From assembly GCA_041486775.1 (NCBI GenBank), contig JBGPMB010000001.1:1505-65504 (forward strand): a DNA stretch of 64,000 nt, read 5' to 3'. A program made the position numbers and the translations under genes. Source of the DNA: Candidatus Eiseniibacteriota bacterium. GTDB taxonomy: Bacteria; Eisenbacteria; RBG-16-71-46; SZUA-252. The number at the start of each line of letters is the position of its first letter. Within the stretch, counting starts at the first letter, position 1. Below are positions 8,931 through 18,165 of this stretch, piece after piece. A model generated the notes under the pieces. That model was not told the DNA's origin. It saw only the letters and a list, made by a program, of their open reading frames with translations, and did no database searches.

Positions 8931-9716
8931 ATGGCCGACCGCCTTGATCAGGAGCTCGCCTCGTTTCGAGGACTGTGGAAGGGCGGATACTGGGCAGCGG
9001 ATCCACTACGCCCTCAAGGCAGCGCGTATGGGGTCTTCGGGCAGATGGGCACGTCCCACGCCACGTACCTGCGCTGCATCAAGCCGTATGTGAACGAGCA
9101 ATCCACCGTGCTGGAGATCGGCCCGGGGAGAGGCGCCTGGACCAAGACTCTTCTTCGCGCCAAGCGCGTTCATTGTCTGGATGCCCTGTCCGCGGAACAC
9201 AATGGATTCTGGGAGAACATCGGAAGGCTCGCCCATGTGACCTATGAGCAGGTGCGGGACTTTTCATGTGAGTCCCTACGAGACGACTGCTTCACCTACG
9301 CATTCTCGTACGACGCGCTCTGTCACGTGTCCTTCGAAGGAATCACCGCCTACGCCAAGAACCTGTTTCCGAAACTGCGCGCGGGGGCCAACGGCTTCTT
9401 CATGATCGCCGACTACGAGAAGTACAACTCCTTCGTGGCGGCTCTGGATGAGCACAGCGCGCTGGCAACACTGCTGCCGAAGAACAGGATGCCCTGGCTC
9501 AAGGCGCTGTGGCGGCCCATCAATCGTTTCTACGCGAGGCGATACGGGCTGCGCCCTCTCGATATCCGGGAGGACGATACTCCGAGACCGGGCCGCTGGT
9601 ATCACGCGGGGATGGGTCGCACCTGCGCGTTACTGAAAGACGTGGGCTACGAGGTCCTGGACGAGGATGTTGGAACGGACTTCCGCAGCCCCATCATCCA
9701 TTTCTCAAAGCCATAA
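8931..9716 (+). CDS. Class I SAM-dependent methyltransferase
   Basis: Motif I VLEIGPGRGAWT with a downstream acidic residue; 261 aa, soluble. Confidence 0.8.
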   Translation: MADRLDQELASFRGLWKGGYWAADPLRPQGSAYGVFGQMGTSHATYLRCIKPYVNEQSTVLEIGPGRGAWTKTLLRAKRVHCLDALSAEHNGFWENIGRLAHVTYEQVRDFSCESLRDDCFTYAFSYDALCHVSFEGITAYAKNLFPKLRAGANGFFMIADYEKYNSFVAALDEHSALATLLPKNRMPWLKALWRPINRFYARRYGLRPLDIREDDTPRPGRWYHAGMGRTCALLKDVGYEVLDEDVGTDFRSPIIHFSKP

Positions 9717-9820
9717 GCCGCAAGAGCCTGCGCGTGAATCCGCTCCCATCCTGAACGGAAGCCAAACGTTTCATCGGCACCGAAACGAACGTCCACCGTA
9801 GACAGGAGATAGGGCCGTTC

Positions 9821-11602
9821 GTGACGGCCACCCGTTCAGGATCTGGTAAGCCGCGGAGGAGATTCTCCAAAGGAATGAGCGTGATCGACGCCTTCCGGTC
9901 ACATGGTCCGGGGTGGCCGGAGGAAGGCATACCCGGTTGGGGCGAACGCATCGTCCTCGCGATGGCGGTCATCGCTCAAGTCGTGCTCCGGGTCTGGTAC
10001 GTCCTGAATCACCGCGCCGATTTCGACGAACCCCAGCATTTGCATGTCGTCTGGGGCTGGACCCAAGGCCTGGTGCAGTACCGCGACCTCTTCGACAACC
10101 ACGCGCCGCTCTTTCACCTGACGATGGCTCCAGCGGTCGGCGTACTGGGCGAGCGTGCCGACCTTCTGATTCTCGCCCGCTGGATGATGCTTCCACTGGT
10201 CGGCTTGACGTTGTGGGCGACGTATCGTATCGGCCGGGCGCTCTGGTCACCTCGGGTTGGCTTGTGGGCGGCTCTGCTGGCCGGGTTCGTACCAAGCTTC
10301 CTACTCACTTCCACGGAATTTCGCACCGATGTCCTCTGGATGACAGGATGGATATCGATGCTCGCGGTACTCCTATGCGGACCGTTCGCCCCGCGGCGAG
10401 CCGGGTTTGCGGGACTGCTCCTCGGACTGACCTTGGCGACATCGCTCAAGACGACGATCTTGCTCTTGGCCCTCGTCATGGCAGCGATGGTCACCGGTGT
10501 TCTCTGCCGGCGCGAGAGAAGCCGCGCTCTTCCGCATGGATTGTGGCGATCCGTCGCGTGGATGGCCGTGGGGAGTACGGTCGTCCCGCTGCTGGTCCTC
10601 GCCGTGTTCTGGCGCCTGCACGCTCTCCGATCGCTCGTGTATTGCACCGTGGCATACAACCTCGTGCCCAACCTCGGGCTTTGGCAGACAGCTTCCCACC
10701 GGATTTGGATCCTCCCCGCAGCGTTCCTGATTCTGATCGGATTCTTGATCGCCCTCAGGAGAATCCTCGGAAAGCCCCTGCGGCCGGGCCAAGTCCTCGT
10801 GCTCCTCATGGCCGGTCTGTATCTGGCTCTTCTCAACGCGTCCTGGCCTCTCATCACGAAACAGGACTTTCTCCCGTCGACGCCTCTGGTGGCCCTGCTC
10901 CTGGTCGCGGGAGCGATGTGGCTTGTCACGACTCTCGAGCGGGCGGGGACGCCATTGCGGAGTGCCCGCTTGAGCGTGGCCGTCATGGCCGCGATGTGCG
11001 TGATCGACGTCGTGGCGTTGTGCCAGGGTCAGCTTCCATGGCGCAACGCGAATGAGGCGGAGGACCGGATGCTCCGGGACGTCCTACTTGACACGCGACC
11101 CGGCGAGCCCATCATGGATACCCGCGGGGAAACGGTGTTCCGGCCGCGCCCCTATTACTACGTCCTCGAGGACGTTACGGAATCGCGGCTGGCGATGGGC
11201 CTGCTTCACGACAGGATCGCGGACGACGTTGTGCGGACCCGGACGCATTTCGCAGTGCCCGACACACCGCTCTTCCCACCCCTGGCGCGCCGGTTTCTCA
11301 ACGAACATTTCCTGCCGTTCGGGGCCTTGCGAGTGCTGGGGAAAGACCTCGGCGACAGTTCCAGCTCAGCCGACAAGCTGCGCCGATTCGACGTGAGCTA
11401 CACGGAGCGATTCGCCGTCCTCGCCGATGGCGCGATCGGTCGGGGCGCTCTCGATGGCCTCCGCTATCGCGGCCCCACCCTTCTGCGCCCGGGGGTACAC
11501 TTCTATTGCTGTTCGGGCCGGGAGCGACACGTCCAGGTCGTCTGGGCGGGCGCGCTGGGTCGCAGTCGCGTGGGCGAATCCGCCCCGTGGAGGGCGGATT
11601 GA
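9821..11602 (+). CDS. GT-C-like polytopic membrane glycosyltransferase (ArnT/PMT-related), paralogue 2
   Basis: 593 aa with about 12 TM helices. The first-loop motif ADFDEPQHLHVVWGW is DE-containing like ArnT/PMT. The true start may be an internal Met (e.g. MSVIDAF). Confidence 0.6.
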   Translation: MTATRSGSGKPRRRFSKGMSVIDAFRSHGPGWPEEGIPGWGERIVLAMAVIAQVVLRVWYVLNHRADFDEPQHLHVVWGWTQGLVQYRDLFDNHAPLFHLTMAPAVGVLGERADLLILARWMMLPLVGLTLWATYRIGRALWSPRVGLWAALLAGFVPSFLLTSTEFRTDVLWMTGWISMLAVLLCGPFAPRRAGFAGLLLGLTLATSLKTTILLLALVMAAMVTGVLCRRERSRALPHGLWRSVAWMAVGSTVVPLLVLAVFWRLHALRSLVYCTVAYNLVPNLGLWQTASHRIWILPAAFLILIGFLIALRRILGKPLRPGQVLVLLMAGLYLALLNASWPLITKQDFLPSTPLVALLLVAGAMWLVTTLERAGTPLRSARLSVAVMAAMCVIDVVALCQGQLPWRNANEAEDRMLRDVLLDTRPGEPIMDTRGETVFRPRPYYYVLEDVTESRLAMGLLHDRIADDVVRTRTHFAVPDTPLFPPLARRFLNEHFLPFGALRVLGKDLGDSSSSADKLRRFDVSYTERFAVLADGAIGRGALDGLRYRGPTLLRPGVHFYCCSGRERHVQVVWAGALGRSRVGESAPWRAD

Positions 11603-11640
11603 TCGAAGTTCGGCGGCGCCTGGTCGCAACGGACCGAGTC

Positions 11641-12747
11641 ATGGTGCTCGCGCCACACCCGGACGACGAGTCGGTCGCGACCGGGGGCGCGCTTCAGGTT
11701 GCGGTCTCGGCGGGAGCCGAGGTAAGGGTCGTGTACCTGACCGACGGTGAGGATAACCCCTGGGCGCAACGCGCCACCGAACTCCGCTGGCGCATCTCGG
11801 AGCGCGACCGGGTACGCTGGGGAACGCGCCGGCGTCGCGAGGCGGTCGCGGCCCTGAATTGTCTGGGCGTCCCTCCCTCGAGCGTGCGATTCCTGGGATT
11901 CCAGGATCAACGCGTCACCGAGGCGCTGATCGGCGGGACGCACGCGGCCGTCGAGCGGCTCGCGGAGGAAATCGCGGGATGGCGGCCCACGTTTCTCTTC
12001 ATGCCGTCGCTCGAGGATCGACACCCCGATCATGGCGCCACGGGCGTCCTGGCTCGGCTCGCCATGGCTCAAGCACCGTGGAAGGCGTGGCCCCAGGTCT
12101 TCGAGTACATCGTCCACGCCCCGGCCGCAGGCGGATCGGGCCGGTGTGATGCCGTATGCGTGCTATCGGGGTCCGAGCGCGAGGTGAAGCGGAGGGCCAT
12201 TCTTCTGCATGCTTCGCAGTTGAGGCTCCGACGGAGCTTTCTGCTTGGTTTCGCGGACGAGACGGAGACTTTCTCGTGCGGACCGTTCACGCCGGCCGTG
12301 AATCACGCGGCGCACCCGCTGCACGTTCTTCAGACAAGAGGGGATCAGTGGTCCTTCGCCGTCCGGCGCACGCCGCATGTCGCCCTCGACCGAGCCACGC
12401 TTCTCCTGATCTCCCAGGGCGACGGAGAGATGAGCTCACTGCGCGTCACGTTGCCACGCCGTGCCGGGCTTACTCCGCTGTGGGGCACGGGTCGTGGGAG
12501 CATGATTGGTGAGATGGAGGCGCGCCGGGACGGCGCCTCGCTGATGGTGACGATCACGAGCCCAGCCCTGCGCCACGCCGATTTCCGCCTGGCGAAGCTG
12601 GACCTGCCCTTGCAACGGAGAATCGGCCTCTTTGACTCTTGGCCCTGGCTGAGTTTCGGCTCCATGCGTGTGCAGGCCACCCAGCCGCGATCCGAATCGA
12701 GCACCACCGATTCCAGTGAGCCCGTCGCCACCCTGGTGGAATCTTGA
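11641..12747 (+). CDS. PIG-L/LmbE family N-acetylglucosaminyl deacetylase with an extra C-terminal domain of about 150 aa
   Basis: VMVLAPHPDDESVATGG is the HPDDE zinc-site motif and EDRHPDHGATG the second His motif. An alternative TTG start at 11599 overlaps the upstream stop. Confidence 0.85.
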   Translation: MVLAPHPDDESVATGGALQVAVSAGAEVRVVYLTDGEDNPWAQRATELRWRISERDRVRWGTRRRREAVAALNCLGVPPSSVRFLGFQDQRVTEALIGGTHAAVERLAEEIAGWRPTFLFMPSLEDRHPDHGATGVLARLAMAQAPWKAWPQVFEYIVHAPAAGGSGRCDAVCVLSGSEREVKRRAILLHASQLRLRRSFLLGFADETETFSCGPFTPAVNHAAHPLHVLQTRGDQWSFAVRRTPHVALDRATLLLISQGDGEMSSLRVTLPRRAGLTPLWGTGRGSMIGEMEARRDGASLMVTITSPALRHADFRLAKLDLPLQRRIGLFDSWPWLSFGSMRVQATQPRSESSTTDSSEPVATLVES

Positions 12748-14381
12748 CGGGCCGGCGGCTCCGCGTCGCCGTACTGCTCCTGCTCTGCGGTGTCGCCTTC
12801 TGGTGGCGCCTGGGGTATCTCGGCCTCATCGACCCGGACGAGCCCTTCTACGCGCAATCGTCCCGCGAAATGCTCGCGGCCCATGATTGGTCCACTCCGC
12901 GAATCTTCGACCAGCCTCAGTTCGAAAAACCGATCTTTCTCTATTGGCTTTCCATGGGCTCGTTCCGGATGTTCGGGGACAATGAGTTCGCCGCGCGGGC
13001 GCCCGCCGCGCTCTTTGCCACCTTGCTGGTACTCCTCACCTGGGCGTTTGGAGCGAGCGCATTCAGCGGGCGGGCTGCGTTCCTTGCTGCCGTCGTGCTC
13101 GCGACGAGCGTGGAATTCCTCGTCTCCGCGCGGATGATGCTGACCGACATGGTATTCGCCGCGTTCGTTTGTGGCTCGGTGTTCTCGCTGTGGCGGGCCA
13201 GCGGCGGCGCGCGGCGCCCCGGATTGTGGTTCGTTGCCTCGTGCGGGATGAGCGCTCTCGCGGTGCTGACCAAGGGACCACTCGGACTGCTCCTGCCCGC
13301 GCTCGCGATTCCCGCGATGCTCCTCGTGCGAGGGCATCGCCTGTCGGTCCGACCCCTTGCGCTGCTCGGTGGACTGGCGATGTTCGCCGCGATCGCGGTG
13401 CCGTGGTACGCGATCATGCTGCAGAAGTTCGGGAGGCCCTATTTCGAAGCGTTCTTCATCCACGAAAACGTGGAACGGTTCTTCCACGCGGAACATCGGA
13501 ACAACAATCACGTCTACTACTACCTCGCCGTGCTCGCCGGGGGCTCGATCCCGTGGATGCCCGCCGTGGCAGCCCTGGCGAGCCCCGCCCGAAGGCGGGC
13601 GATGTGGGATGACACGTCGCGCTTTCTAGGCTCCTGGGGGCTCCTCTGCCTCGCCTTCTTCACGCTCGCGCAGTCGAAGCTGCCCAGCTACGTGCTCTTT
13701 CTCTTCGTGCCTCTGGCCTTGCTGATCGGGCGGGCTCTGGACTTGCTGCTGCGGGCCGAGGGGCGGAGCCGCCCGGAAGCGTGGGTGATGGGGGCGTTGG
13801 GTCTCGCTCAGGTGGTCCCGTTCGTCGTGGGCCCGCGCATGCTGCCGTACCGCGTCCTCGCGTTGCCCCTCGGACTGGTCGCAGGGTGCCTCACCATCGC
13901 GCTCGTCCTCCAGACGCGCCGCATCTCGCTCGCGTGGATTGCCGCGAGCGCCTCGAGCTCGATCGTCCTGCTCTTGGTGTGCCTGGCCTGGGCGGGCCCG
14001 TCCGTCGACGCCATCCTCTCCACGCGCTCTCTCTCCCGGGAGATCTTGGGGGAGTTGCAACCGTCCGAAACACTCATGACCTCCCCCCTTCTTGCCCGGG
14101 GCGTCTTCTATTACACACGACGGCCGGTGACCGTCCTCTCCGACCGCACCCGGCCATTCTTCACACCCCACCCGCTGCCGATCGTCAACGGATTCCGGGG
14201 CCTGGGCCCGTACCTGGACCGAGGCGGCTCGGTCCTGTGCGCCACGTCGGGGAGAGATTGGGCACGGCTCAAGGGTGCCCTGCCACGCGACGCGGGGGTC
14301 GTGCTCGACTCCGTCGGCGACAAAGTCATCGCCCGCGTATCCACGGTCCGCGCGGCCCTTCCCGGGAATCGCGTTCCATGA
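12744..14381 (+). CDS. ArnT-family (GT83/GT39) undecaprenyl-phosphate-aminosugar:lipid glycosyltransferase, paralogue 3
   Basis: GLIDPDEPFYAQSSREMLAAHDWSTPRIFDQPQFEKPIFLYW is a close match to the ArnT N-terminal catalytic loop. About 12 TM helices. The TTG start overlaps the PIG-L stop (TTGA). Confidence 0.85.
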   Translation: MTGRRLRVAVLLLLCGVAFWWRLGYLGLIDPDEPFYAQSSREMLAAHDWSTPRIFDQPQFEKPIFLYWLSMGSFRMFGDNEFAARAPAALFATLLVLLTWAFGASAFSGRAAFLAAVVLATSVEFLVSARMMLTDMVFAAFVCGSVFSLWRASGGARRPGLWFVASCGMSALAVLTKGPLGLLLPALAIPAMLLVRGHRLSVRPLALLGGLAMFAAIAVPWYAIMLQKFGRPYFEAFFIHENVERFFHAEHRNNNHVYYYLAVLAGGSIPWMPAVAALASPARRRAMWDDTSRFLGSWGLLCLAFFTLAQSKLPSYVLFLFVPLALLIGRALDLLLRAEGRSRPEAWVMGALGLAQVVPFVVGPRMLPYRVLALPLGLVAGCLTIALVLQTRRISLAWIAASASSSIVLLLVCLAWAGPSVDAILSTRSLSREILGELQPSETLMTSPLLARGVFYYTRRPVTVLSDRTRPFFTPHPLPIVNGFRGLGPYLDRGGSVLCATSGRDWARLKGALPRDAGVVLDSVGDKVIARVSTVRAALPGNRVP

Positions 14382-14409
14382 CCGATAGGGAGGGGCGACA
14401 ACGCGCGTC

Positions 14410-15075
14410 TTGATCGTCGAGGATAGCGGTCCGACACGAGACTTGCTCGTGCGTGCGCTCGAGTCCGATGGGGCCACCGTGACGGCGGCGGCTCGCCTCT
14501 CGAGCGGTCTACGCCACGCAGCGACCGCGGAGTTCGACCTCATCATTCTCGACCGGATGTTGCCGGACGGCGAGGGCCTCGACCTCTGCCGTCAGATTCG
14601 GGCCGAAGGGGTCGCGACCCCGATTCTTTGCCTGAGCGCCATGGCCGAAGTCGCAGACAGGATCGAAGGCCTGGACGCGGGAGCCGACGACTATCTCCGC
14701 AAGCCGTTCGCGCTCGCCGAGCTTAGGGCCCGGGTCCGCGCCCTGGGGAGGCGCGCCGGACATACGGCACCGGGGCTTCTGGAGACCGGCTCGGTGCGGA
14801 TCGACTTCCGGGCGCGTCGGTTCGAGCGTGACCGGCGGGAAGTGCCGCTGACCGCCCGTGAGTGGGCCGTGCTCGAGGCGCTCGTCTCGAAGTCGGGACA
14901 CCTCGTCGCGCGGCGCGACCTCTTGGAGGACGTCTGGCACGACGCGGGGCGTTCCTCCTCCGAGAGCCTCGACGTCATCCTGAGCCGCCTCCGGCGGAAG
15001 CTCGGGCGCGTCGAAGACGGCTGCGCCATCCGTACCGTGCGCGGCGAGGGGTTCGTGTTCGAGACGCGGCGATGA
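14410..15075 (+). CDS. OmpR/PhoB-family response regulator (receiver plus winged-helix)
   Basis: The receiver has the phospho-Asp context DLIILDRMLPDGEG and the conserved Lys in YLRKPF. The C-terminal wHTH has RLRRKLG...IRTVRGEGF. TTG start with a GGAGGGG ribosome-binding site upstream. Confidence 0.9.
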   Translation: MIVEDSGPTRDLLVRALESDGATVTAAARLSSGLRHAATAEFDLIILDRMLPDGEGLDLCRQIRAEGVATPILCLSAMAEVADRIEGLDAGADDYLRKPFALAELRARVRALGRRAGHTAPGLLETGSVRIDFRARRFERDRREVPLTAREWAVLEALVSKSGHLVARRDLLEDVWHDAGRSSSESLDVILSRLRRKLGRVEDGCAIRTVRGEGFVFETRR

Positions 15076-16415
15076 GCACGCGCTCCCTCGTCCAGCGTCT
15101 CTCGACGCTCGAACTGATCCTCTCCGGAGCGCTGATTGTCGTCTTCGCGGGGTCGGCGATCGGGCTCTCCGCGCGGACACTCGAGCGGGAGGAAGCCGCA
15201 TTCCTGAGCAACGCCGCGGTGCAGATGGCCGAGAATCTCGATGGTGAGTGGCAAGAGGAAGGGGATCTCCGCCGCGCGGCCGCCTCCGCGATGGCGGAGG
15301 ACGAGCCGCCCGGAATCGATTTCGACGTCTTCGACGCCTCGGGTCGCCGGGTCTTTTCGACGCGAACGGCGGCGGGTCCGAGGCCCATCCAGCACGAGCG
15401 CTCGGTCAAGGCGCCGTTGCGCCACGGGGGGTGGATTGTCGCTTCGGTCTCGGTCGAACCGCGTCGCCGCGCCATCGCGGCGCTCGCCACCGCGATCGCC
15501 TTGACCGCGATTCCCCTCTTCATCGCGGCGGCCTTCGTGAGCCGGCTCGTGGCCCGGCGGGCGCTCCGTCCGCTCTCGCGCATCACCGCGGAAGTCGACG
15601 AGGCGACCCGCCGCGGATTCCTCTCCCGGCTCGAACATCCATCCGATCCGGCCGAAGTGGCGACGCTGGCGGCGGCATTCGACCGGCTCTTCGGGCGACT
15701 GGACGACACGCTCCGAGCGGAACGGCACTTCACCCAGGACGCGGCGCACGAGCTCCGGACTCCCCTCACCGTCCTTTCGGGCGAATTGGAGTACGCTTTA
15801 CAAGATTCGTCGCTTCCCGAGAAACATCGCTCCGGCCTGGAGCGCGCCTTTCGAGAGGTGAACGCGCTCGGCGATTTGGTGGAGGCCTTGCTCCTCCTCC
15901 GGCGGGCCGACTCGGATCCCCTTCGCGACGGGGAGACGATACCGGTGAACCTGGCGGACGTGGTGCGGGACCTCACGCGGGAATTTGCTGGGCGCCAGCC
16001 GCAGCGCGCCGCGGACCTCTCCGTGGAAGCGGCGGATGAGGCGTTCGTCGCCGGGCACGCCACGCTCATCACGGCGGCGATTCGTAACCTCCTCTCGAAC
16101 GCTTTCAAATTCACTCGCGCCGGCCAACGCATTCGCGTGGCGGTCGCCTCGACCGGCGATCGGTGCACGGTGGTGGTGGAGGACGCCGGGCCGGGCATCC
16201 CGCCTCCCGACCGGGAGCGCGTCTTTGATCCTTTCTTCCGTGGTGGAGAAGCTCGAGGCAGCTTCGATGGGGTCGGGCTTGGTTTGCCGATCCTGCGCCG
16301 CCTGGCCCGCGCGCACGGCGGCGATGTGCGACTCGATGAGTCGGTGCTCGGCGGAGCCCGATTCGAGCTCTCGCTTCCCGCTTGGAAGCCCGAGGGCGCC
16401 ATTCAGACTTCGTAA
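15072..16415 (+). CDS. Sensor histidine kinase (HisKA plus HATPase_c), PmrB/PhoR-like
   Basis: H-box HELRTPLT, N-box LLSNAFKFT, G1 VEDAGPGIP, F DPFFRG, G2 GLGLPILRRLARAHGG. Two N-terminal TM helices. The ATG overlaps the response-regulator stop (ATGA). Confidence 0.9.
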   Translation: MSTRSLVQRLSTLELILSGALIVVFAGSAIGLSARTLEREEAAFLSNAAVQMAENLDGEWQEEGDLRRAAASAMAEDEPPGIDFDVFDASGRRVFSTRTAAGPRPIQHERSVKAPLRHGGWIVASVSVEPRRRAIAALATAIALTAIPLFIAAAFVSRLVARRALRPLSRITAEVDEATRRGFLSRLEHPSDPAEVATLAAAFDRLFGRLDDTLRAERHFTQDAAHELRTPLTVLSGELEYALQDSSLPEKHRSGLERAFREVNALGDLVEALLLLRRADSDPLRDGETIPVNLADVVRDLTREFAGRQPQRAADLSVEAADEAFVAGHATLITAAIRNLLSNAFKFTRAGQRIRVAVASTGDRCTVVVEDAGPGIPPPDRERVFDPFFRGGEARGSFDGVGLGLPILRRLARAHGGDVRLDESVLGGARFELSLPAWKPEGAIQTS

Positions 16416-16617
16416 CACCTCCTGCCGACAGACCGAGACAGCCCGGACGCTCCGCGCGCACGAGGTTCAGATCGATGCGTGATGGGCGAGTGGCTCATTC
16501 GGTGCAGGTCGGAGCTCCAGCGTCATAGACTTGGCCCGCTGGCGGGCCTAGAGTTGTCATGGTGTAGTGCATTCGAGCGAGATCGCGAGCCCGCAGCATG
16601 ATCAGGGAGAAAATGTG

Positions 16618-18156
16618 ATGGCCGGAAAGCGGACCGCTGGCGCTGCGTTAGCTCTGGTGATCCTTCTTGGCGGCTGCGCGCACGTCGGCCGATTGACCAT
16701 CGTGCCTCAGACCCTTACGCCCGCCGACACGACCGGGGGACATCATCCAGAGCGGAGCACCTTCCACACAGGGGGACCGCACGCGCTGTTCGGGCCCGAC
16801 ACCCTGATCGGCTTTCAGCCGGGCACCGGTGATTCCTCGCGGCGTTATCTGGGACGCCTGCGCGACGGCTACACGGCCGACACACTCAACATCATCCTCT
16901 TGGGCGACAATCGACCGGGCTTTCGCATGGCGCGGCTCAATTCGGAAATGGTCACCATCCAGCAGGGACTCTCTCTCAATCCATTGAGGATCGGCAAAGC
17001 GCTGATCACGATTCCCTATGCCTTCGTCAAGGCCATGGTTCCCGATCTGGGTCTCCTGCGCGACATTCCCCCGCAGTTCACGGGTCTGCCCACGTACGGT
17101 CGCGAGCACCAGGTCCTGAACGCGATCCTCGCGAAGGTCGACTCCCTCAAGACCCAACACCGGCTCGTCGCCGTGGCGATCAACACCGGGGACCTCGTGT
17201 ACGATGGAAGGAACCCCGCCCAATGGCAGCGATTCCTGCGCCTCACCCAGCCGCTTTCCTCCCGCGTGCCCTACTTCGCGGTGGCAGGCAACCACGAACA
17301 AACCTATACGGTGGAGGGAATCGCGAATTGGCGCGCCGCGACGGGGCTCCCCATCGCCGGAGACCGCATGTACTACTGCTTCGATTCGGCGGACGGCTGG
17401 GTGCGTTTCCTCGCGCTGGACTCGAACCCCATCACGATGCCCGGCGTACACTGGTCGAAGGACATTCAGATTAAGTACTCCAAGGAGGAAGTGGACTGGC
17501 TGACCGCGCGGCTCAAGGAGCATCGAGGTCCTTCGTTCGTGTTCATTCACAGTCCTCCTTTCTCCGCCGGTTATCACCGGATGGAGTGGGAGATGGATCC
17601 GGTCATGCGTGAGCGCCGCGACCAGATCGTGAGGGCGATGCACGAGGGGGGGATTTCGATTCTGGCCAGCGGTCACGAGCACGACTACCAACGCGCCCTG
17701 GTCACCTTCCCCGACGGAAGCGTGCTCATCGCCATCGTCCAGGGCGGCGCGGGCGCGCCGCTCCATCCGCTGCCCCCGCCGGCGGAGGCCGCCCGGCTGT
17801 TCAGCACGTACAAGCTCGCCGGAGGCGTCATCAAACCGGAAAACGTCTACACGGCGGAGATCAACAATTTCACGTTTCTTCGGTTGTGGTTCGGAGGAGG
17901 GGAGCTAGAGACGTACGCGGTCTACAAGAACGGGACCGTCAAGCTGGTGGACCAGCTCAGCATCGACCTCAAACGCTACGGGACCCCGAAAATCGATCAG
18001 CACAAGGTGCCGGTCGCCGCCACGGGGCGAGTCGCTCCTTCCGGCATGGAAACCAAAGCGAAGCAGGGCGTGGCACCGGCCAAGACCGACACCACGGCGG
18101 CCAGCGAGAGGATCCAGACGCATCCTCCGCCGGGCAAGAAGAAGCCGCCCCGCTGA
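16618..18156 (+). CDS. Calcineurin-like metallophosphoesterase, probable lipoprotein
   Basis: GDLVYDG, GNHE and GHEHDYQR metal-ligand motifs. The N-terminus AALALVILLGGCA is lipobox-like. The start was chosen at the ATG with a GGGAGA ribosome-binding site; the ORF-track entry starts at 16567. Confidence 0.8.
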   Translation: MAGKRTAGAALALVILLGGCAHVGRLTIVPQTLTPADTTGGHHPERSTFHTGGPHALFGPDTLIGFQPGTGDSSRRYLGRLRDGYTADTLNIILLGDNRPGFRMARLNSEMVTIQQGLSLNPLRIGKALITIPYAFVKAMVPDLGLLRDIPPQFTGLPTYGREHQVLNAILAKVDSLKTQHRLVAVAINTGDLVYDGRNPAQWQRFLRLTQPLSSRVPYFAVAGNHEQTYTVEGIANWRAATGLPIAGDRMYYCFDSADGWVRFLALDSNPITMPGVHWSKDIQIKYSKEEVDWLTARLKEHRGPSFVFIHSPPFSAGYHRMEWEMDPVMRERRDQIVRAMHEGGISILASGHEHDYQRALVTFPDGSVLIAIVQGGAGAPLHPLPPPAEAARLFSTYKLAGGVIKPENVYTAEINNFTFLRLWFGGGELETYAVYKNGTVKLVDQLSIDLKRYGTPKIDQHKVPVAATGRVAPSGMETKAKQGVAPAKTDTTAASERIQTHPPPGKKKPPR

Positions 18157-18165
18157 GCGCCGTGC

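Noticed and set aside
14691-16402. Long minus-strand ORFs (352 and 475 aa) across the two-component genes
   Set aside because: They are antisense shadows of the response regulator and histidine kinase, are Arg/Ser-rich and low-complexity, and have no motifs.
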